Shown here one piece after another: positions 19,283 through 28,626 of a DNA stretch of 64,000 bases (position 1 is its first letter; each line of letters starts with the position of its first letter). The stretch is from Blastocatellia bacterium (GTDB lineage Bacteria > Acidobacteriota > Blastocatellia > UBA7656). The stretch covers positions 448,001 through 512,000 of the forward strand of contig CAVXWP010000009.1 in NCBI GenBank assembly GCA_963765495.1. The letters are read 5' to 3'. The notes below the pieces were generated by a model. It had not been told where the DNA came from, did no database searches, and worked only from the letters and a program-made list of their open reading frames with translations. Made by a program: the position numbers and the translations under genes.

Positions 19283-19591
19283 GTGAGACGTAAGCCGCCA
19301 CAAGCCATTTGGGGAGGAACGAGAGAAGGAGCGGGTCGCAAGCCGCTTGGAGAGAAAAAGAGGGTCCATCGCTCTGTCACGATCGACCCCGATGTGTATG
19401 AACCTCTAAAGCTTGACGTGGAGAGCCTGCAAGCGCAGAAATTGAAGGCGAAAGCTTCTGATGTACTAAATTGTCGCCTCCGCAGGGACTACAGACGTAA
19501 ACCAGACCACCTGATTTCAGAAGACTTAGAAGAGGCGAACCGCGCAAAGCTACAGGCTCTCGACAAGCCCACTCGCCGGGCAGCGAAATAG
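19283..19591 (+). CDS. Small basic putative DNA-binding protein (RHH-like)
   Basis: WGGTREGAGRKP followed by RVHRSVTIDPDVY strand-helix; AAGGAG RBS. Confidence 0.6.
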   Translation: MRRKPPQAIWGGTREGAGRKPLGEKKRVHRSVTIDPDVYEPLKLDVESLQAQKLKAKASDVLNCRLRRDYRRKPDHLISEDLEEANRAKLQALDKPTRRAAK

Positions 19592-19644
19592 CTGATGAGG
19601 CAAAGGACAGAGTTGAGCCGACGCTTCGCTGACGGGCAGTTTAT

Positions 19645-19938
19645 TTATGGTTTGACGGCTCTTTTAACCGCCCTCTTTGTGCCTCGACCTACGTGCCTTC
19701 CAGCGTGGCCCAGATGCTTGCCAAAATGCTTGCCGCCGCGAATGAGGCGACCGCGACGGATGTTGTGGCCGAGGCTCTTACCGGCCTTGCCCACCTCCTT
19801 GCCACCTTCTTTCATCTGGCCTCCGACGGTGGGCTTGCCCGGTGTGGTGTCCTTCTGGGCAAATGCAGTGGGCGTCGCTAAAGTGAAGATGACAATTGCT
19901 GCTATTGCCAGGACGGATTGCATCAACTTGAGCTTCAT
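19645..19938 (-). CDS. Small secreted basic Gly/Lys/His-rich protein
   Basis: AAAGGA RBS; signal peptide ending AFA; GK/GH/GR periodic repeats. Confidence 0.7.
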   Translation of the reverse strand: MKLKLMQSVLAIAAIVIFTLATPTAFAQKDTTPGKPTVGGQMKEGGKEVGKAGKSLGHNIRRGRLIRGGKHFGKHLGHAGRHVGRGTKRAVKRAVKP

Positions 19939-20118
19939 ATTCTTTCCTTTATCAAGAGATATTTCTTTCAATTCTTCCTCCTTGGAATTAGCGTGTGAAT
20001 CTTTTTTTCCGAGTCCATTCATTTTCATTTTACTCTCCATTCGTGATGACGATTTGAATACGACCGTCGCAACAAAGTTAATCTCATTACGGAGACCCTC
20101 CTGCTTCGGGAGATTCCC

Positions 20119-20688
20119 TTATTCCTGGTTGTGCATCTTTAACATTTCGTCGAGATGCTTGAGCACATCAGCACAATCCGCTGCAATCTGTTTCGAGCTC
20201 AGCGTGTAGTTCTCAACGTCTTTCTCAAGAGTGCGAATTGCCTCCTTGAGTTTGGAGTCGCGCATATCCATGTCTCCCATTCCTGACATCCTGGAAGGAC
20301 TGCCCGGGCTCATCGTTTTCACATGTTCCTGATGATGCGACCGCGCCTCATCGAAACTCCGGCTGATCTCAGAAACGGCGGCGCGAGCAAAATCGGCGCT
20401 AAGCTGATTCCCGCCTTGCGCCTGCTCATTCAGGGCCTTTGCAAAGGTTTGGACGTTTTGCAAGAAAGCCATTGTCAGAACGTGGTGTGGCTCATTCATC
20501 ATGGCGGACATATCCACCTTCAGTATGCCATTATGCAACCACTCCTGTCCCTTCTTGCCGGTCTGGGCGGATGCCGTCTGGTCGGCATTCTGATGCCGAG
20601 TTTTGTTTTGTGCAAACGCAGTCATCCCGCCAAAAACCATCAGCGCGATGACCGCAAGAACTATTCTGCAAAGATTCTTTTTCATCAT
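20119..20688 (-). CDS. Secreted His/Met-rich helical protein (possible metal binder)
   Basis: Signal peptide ending AFA; MMNEPHH, HHQEH, MSGMGDMDM; GGGAG RBS. Confidence 0.7.
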   Translation of the reverse strand: MMKKNLCRIVLAVIALMVFGGMTAFAQNKTRHQNADQTASAQTGKKGQEWLHNGILKVDMSAMMNEPHHVLTMAFLQNVQTFAKALNEQAQGGNQLSADFARAAVSEISRSFDEARSHHQEHVKTMSPGSPSRMSGMGDMDMRDSKLKEAIRTLEKDVENYTLSSKQIAADCADVLKHLDEMLKMHNQE

Positions 20689-20809
20689 TGTCTCCCTGAC
20701 GACCGGGCCAAAGCCAGAAACCCGGCTGTGATCAAAAACTTAATTCCTCTGAATTTCGCTCCCCGGAAAGATGCCCGGCCATCGTCGTAATACGCAAAGC
20801 TTCGAGGGT

Positions 20810-21040
20810 TCATGGGTAAAGGGCTTTTCTTACCCGCGCTTCAATGCTTCTCATTTCCGTTATGGTCGTCTCCGGCGCCTCCACATATTGATTGCAGAAC
20901 TGATGCCGCCACTCTCGTCGCACCGCCGCCATATGACTCCAACCGTAGCTTTCTCTCGGGCTGCCGGATGCATCCGTCACGTGGGTAGACGGCGAGGCCG
21001 TGCTAACGACGACTCTATGTTGATTCATGTTTTTTCTCAT
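20810..21040 (-). CDS. Hypothetical small protein (uncertain)
   Basis: AAAGGAAG RBS before ATG; no recognisable motif. Confidence 0.3.
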   Translation of the reverse strand: MRKNMNQHRVVVSTASPSTHVTDASGSPRESYGWSHMAAVRREWRHQFCNQYVEAPETTITEMRSIEARVRKALYP

Positions 21041-21373
21041 AACTTCCTTTCAATCCAGATAATCCAGCAGTAACCCTCCCCACAGATCCGTAGCCCGCTC
21101 GTCCTTGCCTTGCATTCATTGTCCGCCGCTGGCGGCACTTTGCCTCGATGACCGTTGCTCACTTTTTGAATCGAGCGATCCGGGCGACTGATCCCGCTAT
21201 ACCGTGAATCGGGCAGCCGCATCATCAGGTTGGACATGGTGGTAGCGAGATGACGAGATCAGATGTGGCGAGGGTTCGCTCTGCGGTTGGGGGACCATGC
21301 GCCGGCATTCGGAACCGGCATCTGGGCTTTCCCAGCGGTCCGCATTCAAGAATGGGCGGTTTGCGTGATCGCG

Positions 21374-21523
21374 CTAGATCGCCCTTCGGCGACCGCTGAT
21401 CAGGTTGAAGACCAATACGATTGCCGCCACAACTAGCAACAGGTGGATCAGCCCGCCGCCGATGTGGGCGATCATTCCCAGCATCCACAGAATAAGAAGA
21501 ATAACGATAATTGTCCAAATCAT
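21374..21523 (-). CDS. lmo0937-family small membrane protein (49 aa, absent from ORF track)
   Basis: Hand translation MIWTIIVILLILWMLGMIAHIGGGLIHLLLVVAAIVLVFNLISGRRRAI; GGAGG RBS. Confidence 0.92.
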   Translation of the reverse strand: MIWTIIVILLILWMLGMIAHIGGGLIHLLLVVAAIVLVFNLISGRRRAI

Positions 21524-21634
21524 AACTCACCTCCATGCCCGGTCTTCTTCCTATATTCACGGTGTCGGGTGCCCGAGCAGTTTAACTCGACTTCCGATTA
21601 CTATTTAATGATACGCCTCGCCAGTTTGGGTTTC

Positions 21635-21650
21635 AGTGCATTAAAGAACA
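21635..21650 (-). promoter_or_regulatory. Crp-family operator-like site 1 (lmo0937 promoter)
   Basis: TGTTC-TTTAAT-GCACT on minus strand, 21 nt before TATCAT (21613-21608). Confidence 0.55.
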
Positions 21651-21838
21651 TATTAACGAATGACCGACAGAAGAACGTTGGGAGCAAAAACGACCCGATC
21701 CAGGTAAGTGCCGAGATGCTTTTTTATAATGAGCAAGCGCTCGGCGTCTGCCCAACCGGCATAGCCAGTCATTCGGCATTTATGCTGAATCTTTTGGAGC
21801 CGGTCGCCTGCGCCAGTAACCGGCGATAATTCAGGTAC

Positions 21839-21854
21839 TGTCCTGTATTGAACA
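21839..21854 (+). promoter_or_regulatory. Crp-family operator-like site 2 (crp paralogue 1 promoter)
   Basis: TGTCC-TGTATT-GAACA, 21 nt before TAAACT (21876-21881). Confidence 0.7.
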
Positions 21855-21945
21855 GAGGTCATTCTATTTTGGGCGTAAACTGTTATTGTGGAGAGATAAA
21901 TGGCGATTCTTATCTGAGAATCGCTAGAAACGAAAATGAATAAGA

Positions 21946-22626
21946 ATGATTGAACATAATCCTGATACGATTCTATTCAAAGAACAGATGCGCGGCTCAT
22001 TGCAACGCGAGACCAGGAATTCCAGCGCGATCAAAATTGCCAAACACAGCAATGTCTACACGGTCGGCGAGGCAATCGAGATGGTCTACTTCATCGAAAG
22101 CGGCAAGGTCAAACTCGTCATGATCTCGTCTGAGGGCAAGGAGTGCTTGCTGGCTATCCACGGCGCGGGGGATATTTTCGGTGAGCTGTGCCTGTCGGGA
22201 CTAAAGGGCCGGCTCGAAACCGCGAGCGCCATGGAAGAGACGGTTTTGAAACAGGTTCCCTGCGGCAGATTCCTTGGGCGGTTAGCCACGGACTCGTTGC
22301 TGGAAGGCTTTATCAAGTACCTGACAGTGCGCGTGGCGGATCAGCAGGAAGTCATCGCAAATCTCGTGACGGTCGATAGCGAACAACGGCTTGGACAGAC
22401 GCTTTTGCAAATCGCCAGAAAGCTGGGCAAAAAAGACCCGCGCAGCATTCGCATTGACCTGAAGATTTCACACGAAGAACTGGCCTCGATGATCGGCACG
22501 ACGCGTCCGCGAATCAGCGTGTTCATGCAGAGGTTTCGCAACCTCGGCCTCATTGAGATGAGCGCAGAGCGCCATCTCATCATCAAGGAACATAAGCTTG
22601 TGGCTTACCTCGCTTCCATCGCCTAG
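21946..22626 (+). CDS. Crp/Fnr-family transcriptional regulator, paralogue 1
   Basis: YFIESGKVKL, GDIFGELCL, HTH SHEELASMIGTTRPRIS. Confidence 0.95.
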   Translation: MIEHNPDTILFKEQMRGSLQRETRNSSAIKIAKHSNVYTVGEAIEMVYFIESGKVKLVMISSEGKECLLAIHGAGDIFGELCLSGLKGRLETASAMEETVLKQVPCGRFLGRLATDSLLEGFIKYLTVRVADQQEVIANLVTVDSEQRLGQTLLQIARKLGKKDPRSIRIDLKISHEELASMIGTTRPRISVFMQRFRNLGLIEMSAERHLIIKEHKLVAYLASIA

Positions 22627-22733
22627 CCGCCTAATCCAGACATCAGTAGCAGTATCGAACTGCGCGGGAACCGCAATCAGGGCATCGTGACTCTTTACCA
22701 TGCAATATAGAATAGTTGCGAGCGGCGGTTCGC

Positions 22734-23147
22734 CTACAGAATAAACTTCTCGATGGTCTCTTCCATCACGTCGAGGTCAAACGGTTTGTTGATGAAGGCT
22801 TGCGCTCCCGACTCAATCCCTACTGTCAAATCGGTTGGATAAGCGTATGCCGACAGGAAAACGATTGGCGTGCGAGCATCGAACGTGCGAATCTGCTTAC
22901 ACATCTCAACGCCGAGACCGTCGGGATACCAGCCGCCAAGGATCAGCAAGTCAAAGCCGCCTCTCTTGGTTAAGGGCATGGTTTCGGCTAAGGAGTTCGT
23001 CGTTGTCACTTTGTAGCCGCACAGGTCAAGCCAGTAGGCCATCATTTCGCGGGTATCATCATGGTAATCAGCGCACAAGATATGCTTGCGCCTCTTAACA
23101 GATAAATCCGAAGCCTTGTTGTTCGCCGCGAAAACCGTTTTGCTCAT
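22734..23147 (-). CDS. Stand-alone receiver-domain protein lacking the phospho-Asp
   Basis: REC fold (ILCAD, FDLLIL-G, FLSA, KPFD); GAGGGGG RBS at MSKTV. Confidence 0.85.
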   Translation of the reverse strand: MSKTVFAANNKASDLSVKRRKHILCADYHDDTREMMAYWLDLCGYKVTTTNSLAETMPLTKRGGFDLLILGGWYPDGLGVEMCKQIRTFDARTPIVFLSAYAYPTDLTVGIESGAQAFINKPFDLDVMEETIEKFIL

Positions 23148-23299
23148 ATCAGCCCCCTCATAATAATCCGAATTGACTGAGTATCGGTTACAAAAGTGAG
23201 TGAGGAAATCTATTTGCCCTTGCTTGTGTTTCACTTATGTAGACTGCTCAAATATTCCTGAAGCCAGGTAGGATAATATCTGCCAATTTCAAAGCGATC

Positions 23300-23315
23300 T
23301 GTTCAATACAGTACA
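23300..23315 (-). promoter_or_regulatory. Crp-family operator-like site 3 (receiver gene promoter)
   Basis: TGTTC-AATACA-GTACA (plus strand), 21 nt from minus-strand TATTAT (23278-23273). Confidence 0.7.
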
Positions 23316-23382
23316 GGGCGCAAAATAAATTCGAAGCATCCGGCGAATTGCCGCCTGGGAAGGCCCGCGCCGCGCGGCAAAA

Positions 23383-23787
23383 TTACAGGCGAGGGATCGG
23401 AGGGTTTTGACCCGCCACCGAACTTACTACCTTTATTTCCGGGTTCGTGTCAGCGGCAAAACTGGATATGGCTTCCGACTCCGAGTCAAACGTCTCGAAG
23501 ACGGTTATCAGCTTTGTGATTATCAGCAATTGATTCAGGCGCTTGCTGAGATTGAGCAACTTCATATGTCCGCTCACCTGTTGCATCTGCGTATAGCTAG
23601 CGATGAGTTCGCCAAGCCCGCTGCTGTCCATATAGTTCACTTTCGCCAGATTGATGAGCAGTCTGCGGCCTCCACTCGTGATGATGGTCTCAACATGGTG
23701 TTTGAAATCGGCATGCGCTCCCAAGGAAAAATTGCCGTCGAGATCAAGCACAGTTATATCGTTTAGCTTACGTTCCTGGATTTTCAT
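23383..23787 (-). CDS. STAS-domain anti-sigma factor antagonist
   Basis: VNYMDSSGLGEL phospho-Ser motif; ITVFETFDSESEAI. Confidence 0.93.
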   Translation of the reverse strand: MKIQERKLNDITVLDLDGNFSLGAHADFKHHVETIITSGGRRLLINLAKVNYMDSSGLGELIASYTQMQQVSGHMKLLNLSKRLNQLLIITKLITVFETFDSESEAISSFAADTNPEIKVVSSVAGQNPPIPRL

Positions 23788-23921
23788 GTCTATTCCTTCC
23801 CATTTCTTAAAAAGGCGAACTGTGAGGATTCAGGTGGACTGGATGATTCCAGAGAAGCTGAAGAAGAGAGCAATCCCGACTCAGTTCTCAGCCATTGTAT
23901 CACCAGAGAAGAGACCAGGTC

Positions 23922-23937
23922 TGTTCTATATTAGACG
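23922..23937 (-). promoter_or_regulatory. Crp-family operator-like site 4 (STAS gene promoter)
   Basis: TGTTC-TATATT-AGACG (plus strand), 22 nt from minus-strand TACAAT (23899-23894). Confidence 0.7.
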
Positions 23938-24432
23938 ATTACCAGAATCATTCGAGGGTGAGTATGGGGCCGGGGCAACAGGTCCGGGCGATTGATCTCC
24001 TTAATCCAGCGGGCAACAGCGACCGTCTCCGTTGCCACTTCGGCGGCGCCCGCATCCCTTTGTCAGAACTCTCACTTGCTTCGGCCCTCAACACTCAGGG
24101 CAAACTATTTTTCGGTATCGCTGATTACCATTCTGCGCCTGCTCGGCCCGCGGCTGCGGTCTCGATTTGCGCCTGATTCATCGCGTCGCGATCGGTCGCC
24201 GCTTGCTCGTTTGCGTGGTTGGCTTCTTTCTGCGCGCGGTCGGCTTCACTCTGAGCTTGATCTGCGTGCGGCCGTTTCTGTGCTTGACATCGGCCTTCCC
24301 TATGGCTCGTGGGGCGATGGCAGAACCCACCATGTTGATCGCGGTGCTGTCAAGTCTACGCAGACCCGGCTCCACTGAGCAGCCAGGAGCAGTGGAGCCG
24401 GGCACTTGTTAAAGACACCATCGTTTCAGTCT

Positions 24433-25368
24433 TTAGCGGAGCGGCTGCAAATTTAGAATCTGCGACAAGATAGCGCCAAGGATGCTATACCTGCCACGAG
24501 AATAACTGCCATATTGATGGCGGCTGGCGTAGCCATCTTCATAACCACGCTGGAAGCCCTCACGGAAGTAGTAGTTATAATCGTCCTGGCCTATGTAATA
24601 ACCATTATAGCCGTAGTTGGCGTCCTGATAGGCATACGACTCTGTGTAGTTGGAATTCCAGTGGTCCTGCCGGTCTGCCCGTCCAGCATTGTAGCCTTCC
24701 TGATAGCCGTTATTGACGGCTTGCCGGAGCAAATTCGCGCCGTATTGGTTTGTCTCGTAGTAGCTGCCGCCGCGATTGTAACGATAATTCGGCGCCGTGT
24801 AGAAGTACGGATCTCGGCTGTAGTTATGATTGCGATCATTCTGGATGCGCAATTGCTGCTGGCGCAGGCGCTGTAGGTACTGTTGCTGGTAACGGTACTG
24901 TGCCGTGCGCTTTTGTTCACGTAGCCGCGCGTTATGCTGCTGGGAGTCGCGCCGCTGCTCTTCCAGATGTTGACGGTACTGCGTCAGACGCTGCTGTTGC
25001 TGCTCAATGAGTTGCTGCTGACGCTGTTGTGGGAGACGCTCGCGCTGTTGTTGCGTTTCCTGTCTTTGCCGTTGATCTGTCTGTTGTCGTTGCCGTTTTT
25101 GCTGTTGCTGCTTTTCCTGCTGAACTTGCTGTTGTTGTTGGACTTGCGGCTGTGGGGGGTGCTGTTGCTCTTGCTTCGGTTGCTGTTGCTGCTTTTGGAC
25201 TTGCTGCTTTTTTTGTTTCCTCTCTTTTTTTTGCTGCTGTTTTTCGTCCTGCTTTTGTTGTTCTTGCTGTGGTTGTTGCCTGGCGTTTGCCGGTATGCTC
25301 ATTCCCACAAGCGACACCGCGCTGATTGCAACCACCGCAATCGTCCAGTTCAAGATTTTACTTTTCAT
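24433..25368 (-). CDS. Secreted Gln-rich low-complexity protein with Tyr/Gly/Asn-rich C-domain
   Basis: Signal peptide ending ANA; long poly-Q region; GYQEGY and GYEDGY repeats. Confidence 0.85.
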   Translation of the reverse strand: MKSKILNWTIAVVAISAVSLVGMSIPANARQQPQQEQQKQDEKQQQKKERKQKKQQVQKQQQQPKQEQQHPPQPQVQQQQQVQQEKQQQQKRQRQQTDQRQRQETQQQRERLPQQRQQQLIEQQQQRLTQYRQHLEEQRRDSQQHNARLREQKRTAQYRYQQQYLQRLRQQQLRIQNDRNHNYSRDPYFYTAPNYRYNRGGSYYETNQYGANLLRQAVNNGYQEGYNAGRADRQDHWNSNYTESYAYQDANYGYNGYYIGQDDYNYYFREGFQRGYEDGYASRHQYGSYSRGRYSILGAILSQILNLQPLR

Positions 25369-25495
25369 TGCATGCCTCTCTTAATGTTGCGGGCGCTCTA
25401 AATCGAGATTTATCGAGGCTTGAAGCGATGCGCCGCGAGCTTCAGCCCGTGAATTCAATCCATGATTAGTATAGGCCCGCTAGCATAAGGGGTGC

Positions 25496-25511
25496 TGTTC
25501 AGTATTAGACA
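25496..25511 (-). promoter_or_regulatory. Crp-family operator-like site 5 (Gln-rich gene promoter)
   Basis: TGTTC-AGTATT-AGACA (plus strand), 22 nt from minus-strand TATACT (25473-25468). Confidence 0.72.
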
Positions 25512-25697
25512 ATGGCCAATGTTGCCGGTCATCTTCGCCGTTAGCCCGCCCCATTCGGAGGTCTTGGCGTCGGCGCCCGGTTATCGCGGCCAGCTAATGA
25601 GCACGCAGGAGAACTGATGGCGATTCGATAAGTCTTGCTATATGATGAGTAGGCGCGCTGTCCTTGGCAATCAGAGGCATCGACAGGATAGTAGCCT

Positions 25698-26378
25698 ATG
25701 ATTCAACAGACTCCTCAGACGGACCTCTTCATAGAACAATTGCGCGTTTCCTTGCGGCGCGAGACCCGAGCCTCGCGCTCCATTAAGATCGCAAGGCATG
25801 AAAACGTTTACACCTGTGGAGCACAAGGCGAGACTATCTACTTCATTGAGCGCGGCCAGATAAAACTCGTCATGGTCTCGCCCGAAGGTAGAGAGTGCAT
25901 CTTTGCCGTCCACGGGGATGGCGAGATTTTCGGCGAGTTGAGCCTGTCAGGGTTAGGCGAACGCATTGAAACCGCCACGGCCATGGAAGATACCGATTTG
26001 AAAGCCATCCCTGCTTCTAAATTCTTTGCGCTGTTAGGGAGCAACTCGCTGCTTGAGGGATTTGTCCGCTACCTCGCCGTGCGCATTGCAGAACAACAGC
26101 AGGTTATAGCTCATCTGGTGACGGTGGATAGCGAACAGCGCCTGGGAAAAACCCTGTTACAACTGGCTCACACCCTCGGCACACAAGGCCCTGAAAGCCT
26201 GCGCATCGAATACAAGATCACACACGAGGAACTGTCAGAGATGGTCGGGACAACGCGGCCCCGGGTCAGCGTCTTTATGGAGCGATTTCGCAACCTCGGG
26301 CTGATTGAGAGTGGCACCGAGCACTTCCTCATCATCAATGAAAAGAAACTCATTGCTTATCTGGCTCATATCGCCTAG
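25698..26378 (+). CDS. Crp/Fnr-family transcriptional regulator, paralogue 2
   Basis: Same length (226 aa) and collinear with paralogue 1; THEELSEMVGTTRPRVS. Confidence 0.95.
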   Translation: MIQQTPQTDLFIEQLRVSLRRETRASRSIKIARHENVYTCGAQGETIYFIERGQIKLVMVSPEGRECIFAVHGDGEIFGELSLSGLGERIETATAMEDTDLKAIPASKFFALLGSNSLLEGFVRYLAVRIAEQQQVIAHLVTVDSEQRLGKTLLQLAHTLGTQGPESLRIEYKITHEELSEMVGTTRPRVSVFMERFRNLGLIESGTEHFLIINEKKLIAYLAHIA

Positions 26379-26448
26379 TTCTGTTGTTTAGTCCGCTGAC
26401 CGCCGATCAATCATTCCTATAAGCATTCGCCAATTATCTTCACCAGAT

Positions 26449-26464
26449 TGTTTAATATTGGACA
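26449..26464 (+). promoter_or_regulatory. Crp-family operator-like site 6 (csbD-cupin promoter)
   Basis: TGTTT-AATATT-GGACA, 21 nt before TACTAT (26486-26491). Confidence 0.7.
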
Positions 26465-26655
26465 GAACCCACTTCGCGGTTGGCCTACTATCTAAAGGGG
26501 AAGGACTCGGTGGGCAAGCGGTTTTTCAACACATCGAATGTTATCTGCCCCGGAATGCTATGGCCGCCTCCCGAGCCGCTCCGACATGCGCAATCTTTAA
26601 GATATCCGGTCAATCCCAACAACCAGAGGTTGGCAATCACCTGGAGGAGAGAGGT

Positions 26656-26868
26656 ATGAGGAACAGGCAGGAGATCAAAGGCAAAGGCAAACAAATTGCG
26701 GGCGCAATCAAGGATAAGGTCGGGAGATTGATCAATGACTCTGACCTCGCAGCCGAAGGTAGAGCCGAGCGCCGCAAAGGGCAAATACAGCAGAAAGTAG
26801 GGGAAACCCGCCGGAAAGCCGGTGACGTGTGGGAAAAGGTGGGCAACGCCATTTCCGGCAAACGATAG
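26656..26868 (+). CDS. csbD: CsbD-family general stress protein
   Basis: IKGKGKQIAGAIKDKVGRLINDSDLAAEG..KGQIQQKVG; GAGG RBS. Confidence 0.9.
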   Translation: MRNRQEIKGKGKQIAGAIKDKVGRLINDSDLAAEGRAERRKGQIQQKVGETRRKAGDVWEKVGNAISGKR

Positions 26869-26904
26869 CCTGGACGCCGGGGCATAAGGAAGGGAGAAAA
26901 GAAA

Positions 26905-27333
26905 ATGACTACACCGCAGAGGAAGGTCGCTCAAGAGAAGCAAGGCCGCACCGGTCACGAATCGCTGACAGGACACCTGACCGCACCGCTAATGGACTTC
27001 AATCTGCCGAACGAGATCACGCAACTCCATGCAGAGGAGGCGTGGCTGCGAACGGGCAGGAACTCGAAGACTCTGGTGAAGCAGCCTGATTTCAGGATCG
27101 TGCTGATCGCGTTGCAAAAGGGCGGTCACCTTGAAGAGCACAGTGCTGATGCGAGAATTTCGATATATACGCTGAGCGGGCTTGTGAAGCTACAATTGCC
27201 CGAGCAGACAGTTGAGCTGCCGGATGGTCATCTGCTCGTGCTCGACCGCGCGCTTGAGCACGACCTGGAGGCGCTCGAAGAGAGCGCAATCCTGCTGACC
27301 ATTTCCTGGCCGCATTCCGCAGAGATTGCGTGA
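26905..27333 (+). CDS. Cupin-domain protein
   Basis: RIVLIALQKGGHLEEHSA...LEHDLEALEESAILLTI. Confidence 0.85.
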   Translation: MTTPQRKVAQEKQGRTGHESLTGHLTAPLMDFNLPNEITQLHAEEAWLRTGRNSKTLVKQPDFRIVLIALQKGGHLEEHSADARISIYTLSGLVKLQLPEQTVELPDGHLLVLDRALEHDLEALEESAILLTISWPHSAEIA

Positions 27334-27644
27334 TCAATTTCTGCGACGCCATCGAGTTAGAACTCCAATCGAGAACAGCGAAGTCGGACAAATCATGCTC
27401 TTCCTAAAAGGGTGGGGAGATAAGAACGAGCGGGTGATACCCCTGCACGGCTCCAAGATACGCCGGGATAAGAAAGGCTATCGCGAGCAACACAAAACGG
27501 AATGAGAATAAACTGCCTCCAAGAATGAGCGTGTTTCTGTTATTCAGGAACGGGATATTGAAATGCCTGCGCCGAGAAAAACGCCCAGAGTTCCCACAGG
27601 GACATTGAAAGAGAAGGCTTTATTGGCTGATCGAGGTAAGAGAC

Positions 27645-28592
27645 TCAGGGGTAACGTACAGGCGGCGGGCCGGACCTGGGCAGGGCAATCGATTCAGTCT
27701 CATCGGGCACGGGAGCGAATCGGCCTGACTTCCAATCCTCTTTCGCCTGCTCGATGCGCTCATTGGAACTCGATACGAAGTTCCACCAGATGTGGCGCGG
27801 CCCCTCCATTGGCTCGCCCCCGAGCAGCATTACACGGGCGGGAGATGATCCTGTGGCGCGCAACGAAATATCCGCACCCGGCTTGAAGATTAAAAGCTGG
27901 CCCTCGCCAAAGATGTGATCATCTGTTGTGAGAGTGACCGCTCCTTCGACGACATAGGCGGCCCGCTCTTCAAAGTCTGTGGGCAGGGGAAGCTGTGCGC
28001 TGCTATCGAGTATTACATCTGCATAAAACATATCCGAGAGAGTCTCCACCGATGAGTGCGCGCCGTAGAGAGAGCCTGTGATGAGGCGCACTCGTTTGCC
28101 TTCGCCTTCTATGATCGGCAAATCATTCGCCCCGTAATGAGCAAAGGCGGGCTCGGTTTCCTCGTCTCGCAGAGGAAGCGCAACCCAGGACTGTATGCCA
28201 AAGAGTTTTGAGCCGGTTTGCCGCAACTCCTGCGGCGTGCGTTCCGAATGGGCAATGCCGCGACCGGCAGTCATCCAATTGACCTCGCCGGGGCGGATCG
28301 GCTGCACAGTGCCGAGGCTGTCGCGGTGCAATAGCTCGCCTTCGAAAAGATATGTCACAGTCGCAAGCCCTATGTGTGGGTGCGGCAATACGTCCAACCC
28401 TGTGTTTGCCCGTAGCACCTCGGGGCCCATCTGATCCAGAAAGATAAATGGCCCGACCATTCGCCGTTTCGCCGAAGGCAGCGCACGCCGGACCTTGAAG
28501 CCGCCTACAAGATCGCGCGTGCGTGTGACGACGATCGTTTCAAGCGAGACGAGGTCTGGGCCGGACTGCTCTCGCGTGTGGTCCGAGTTCAT
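27645..28592 (-). CDS. Pirin-family protein
   Basis: [34 protein letters not shown]. Confidence 0.95.
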   Translation of the reverse strand: MNSDHTREQSGPDLVSLETIVVTRTRDLVGGFKVRRALPSAKRRMVGPFIFLDQMGPEVLRANTGLDVLPHPHIGLATVTYLFEGELLHRDSLGTVQPIRPGEVNWMTAGRGIAHSERTPQELRQTGSKLFGIQSWVALPLRDEETEPAFAHYGANDLPIIEGEGKRVRLITGSLYGAHSSVETLSDMFYADVILDSSAQLPLPTDFEERAAYVVEGAVTLTTDDHIFGEGQLLIFKPGADISLRATGSSPARVMLLGGEPMEGPRHIWWNFVSSSNERIEQAKEDWKSGRFAPVPDETESIALPRSGPPPVRYP

Positions 28593-28626
28593 AAGCCCCT
28601 CCCGTACCGGCAACCTCTTAAGCTTT

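Noticed and set aside
23992-24412. Several overlapping short ORFs
   Set aside because: No clear RBS or family motif; cannot pick a real frame
27538-27552. Seventh Crp-like site TGTTA-TTCAG-GAACG
   Set aside because: Spacer is 5 rather than 6, and there is no adjacent gene start
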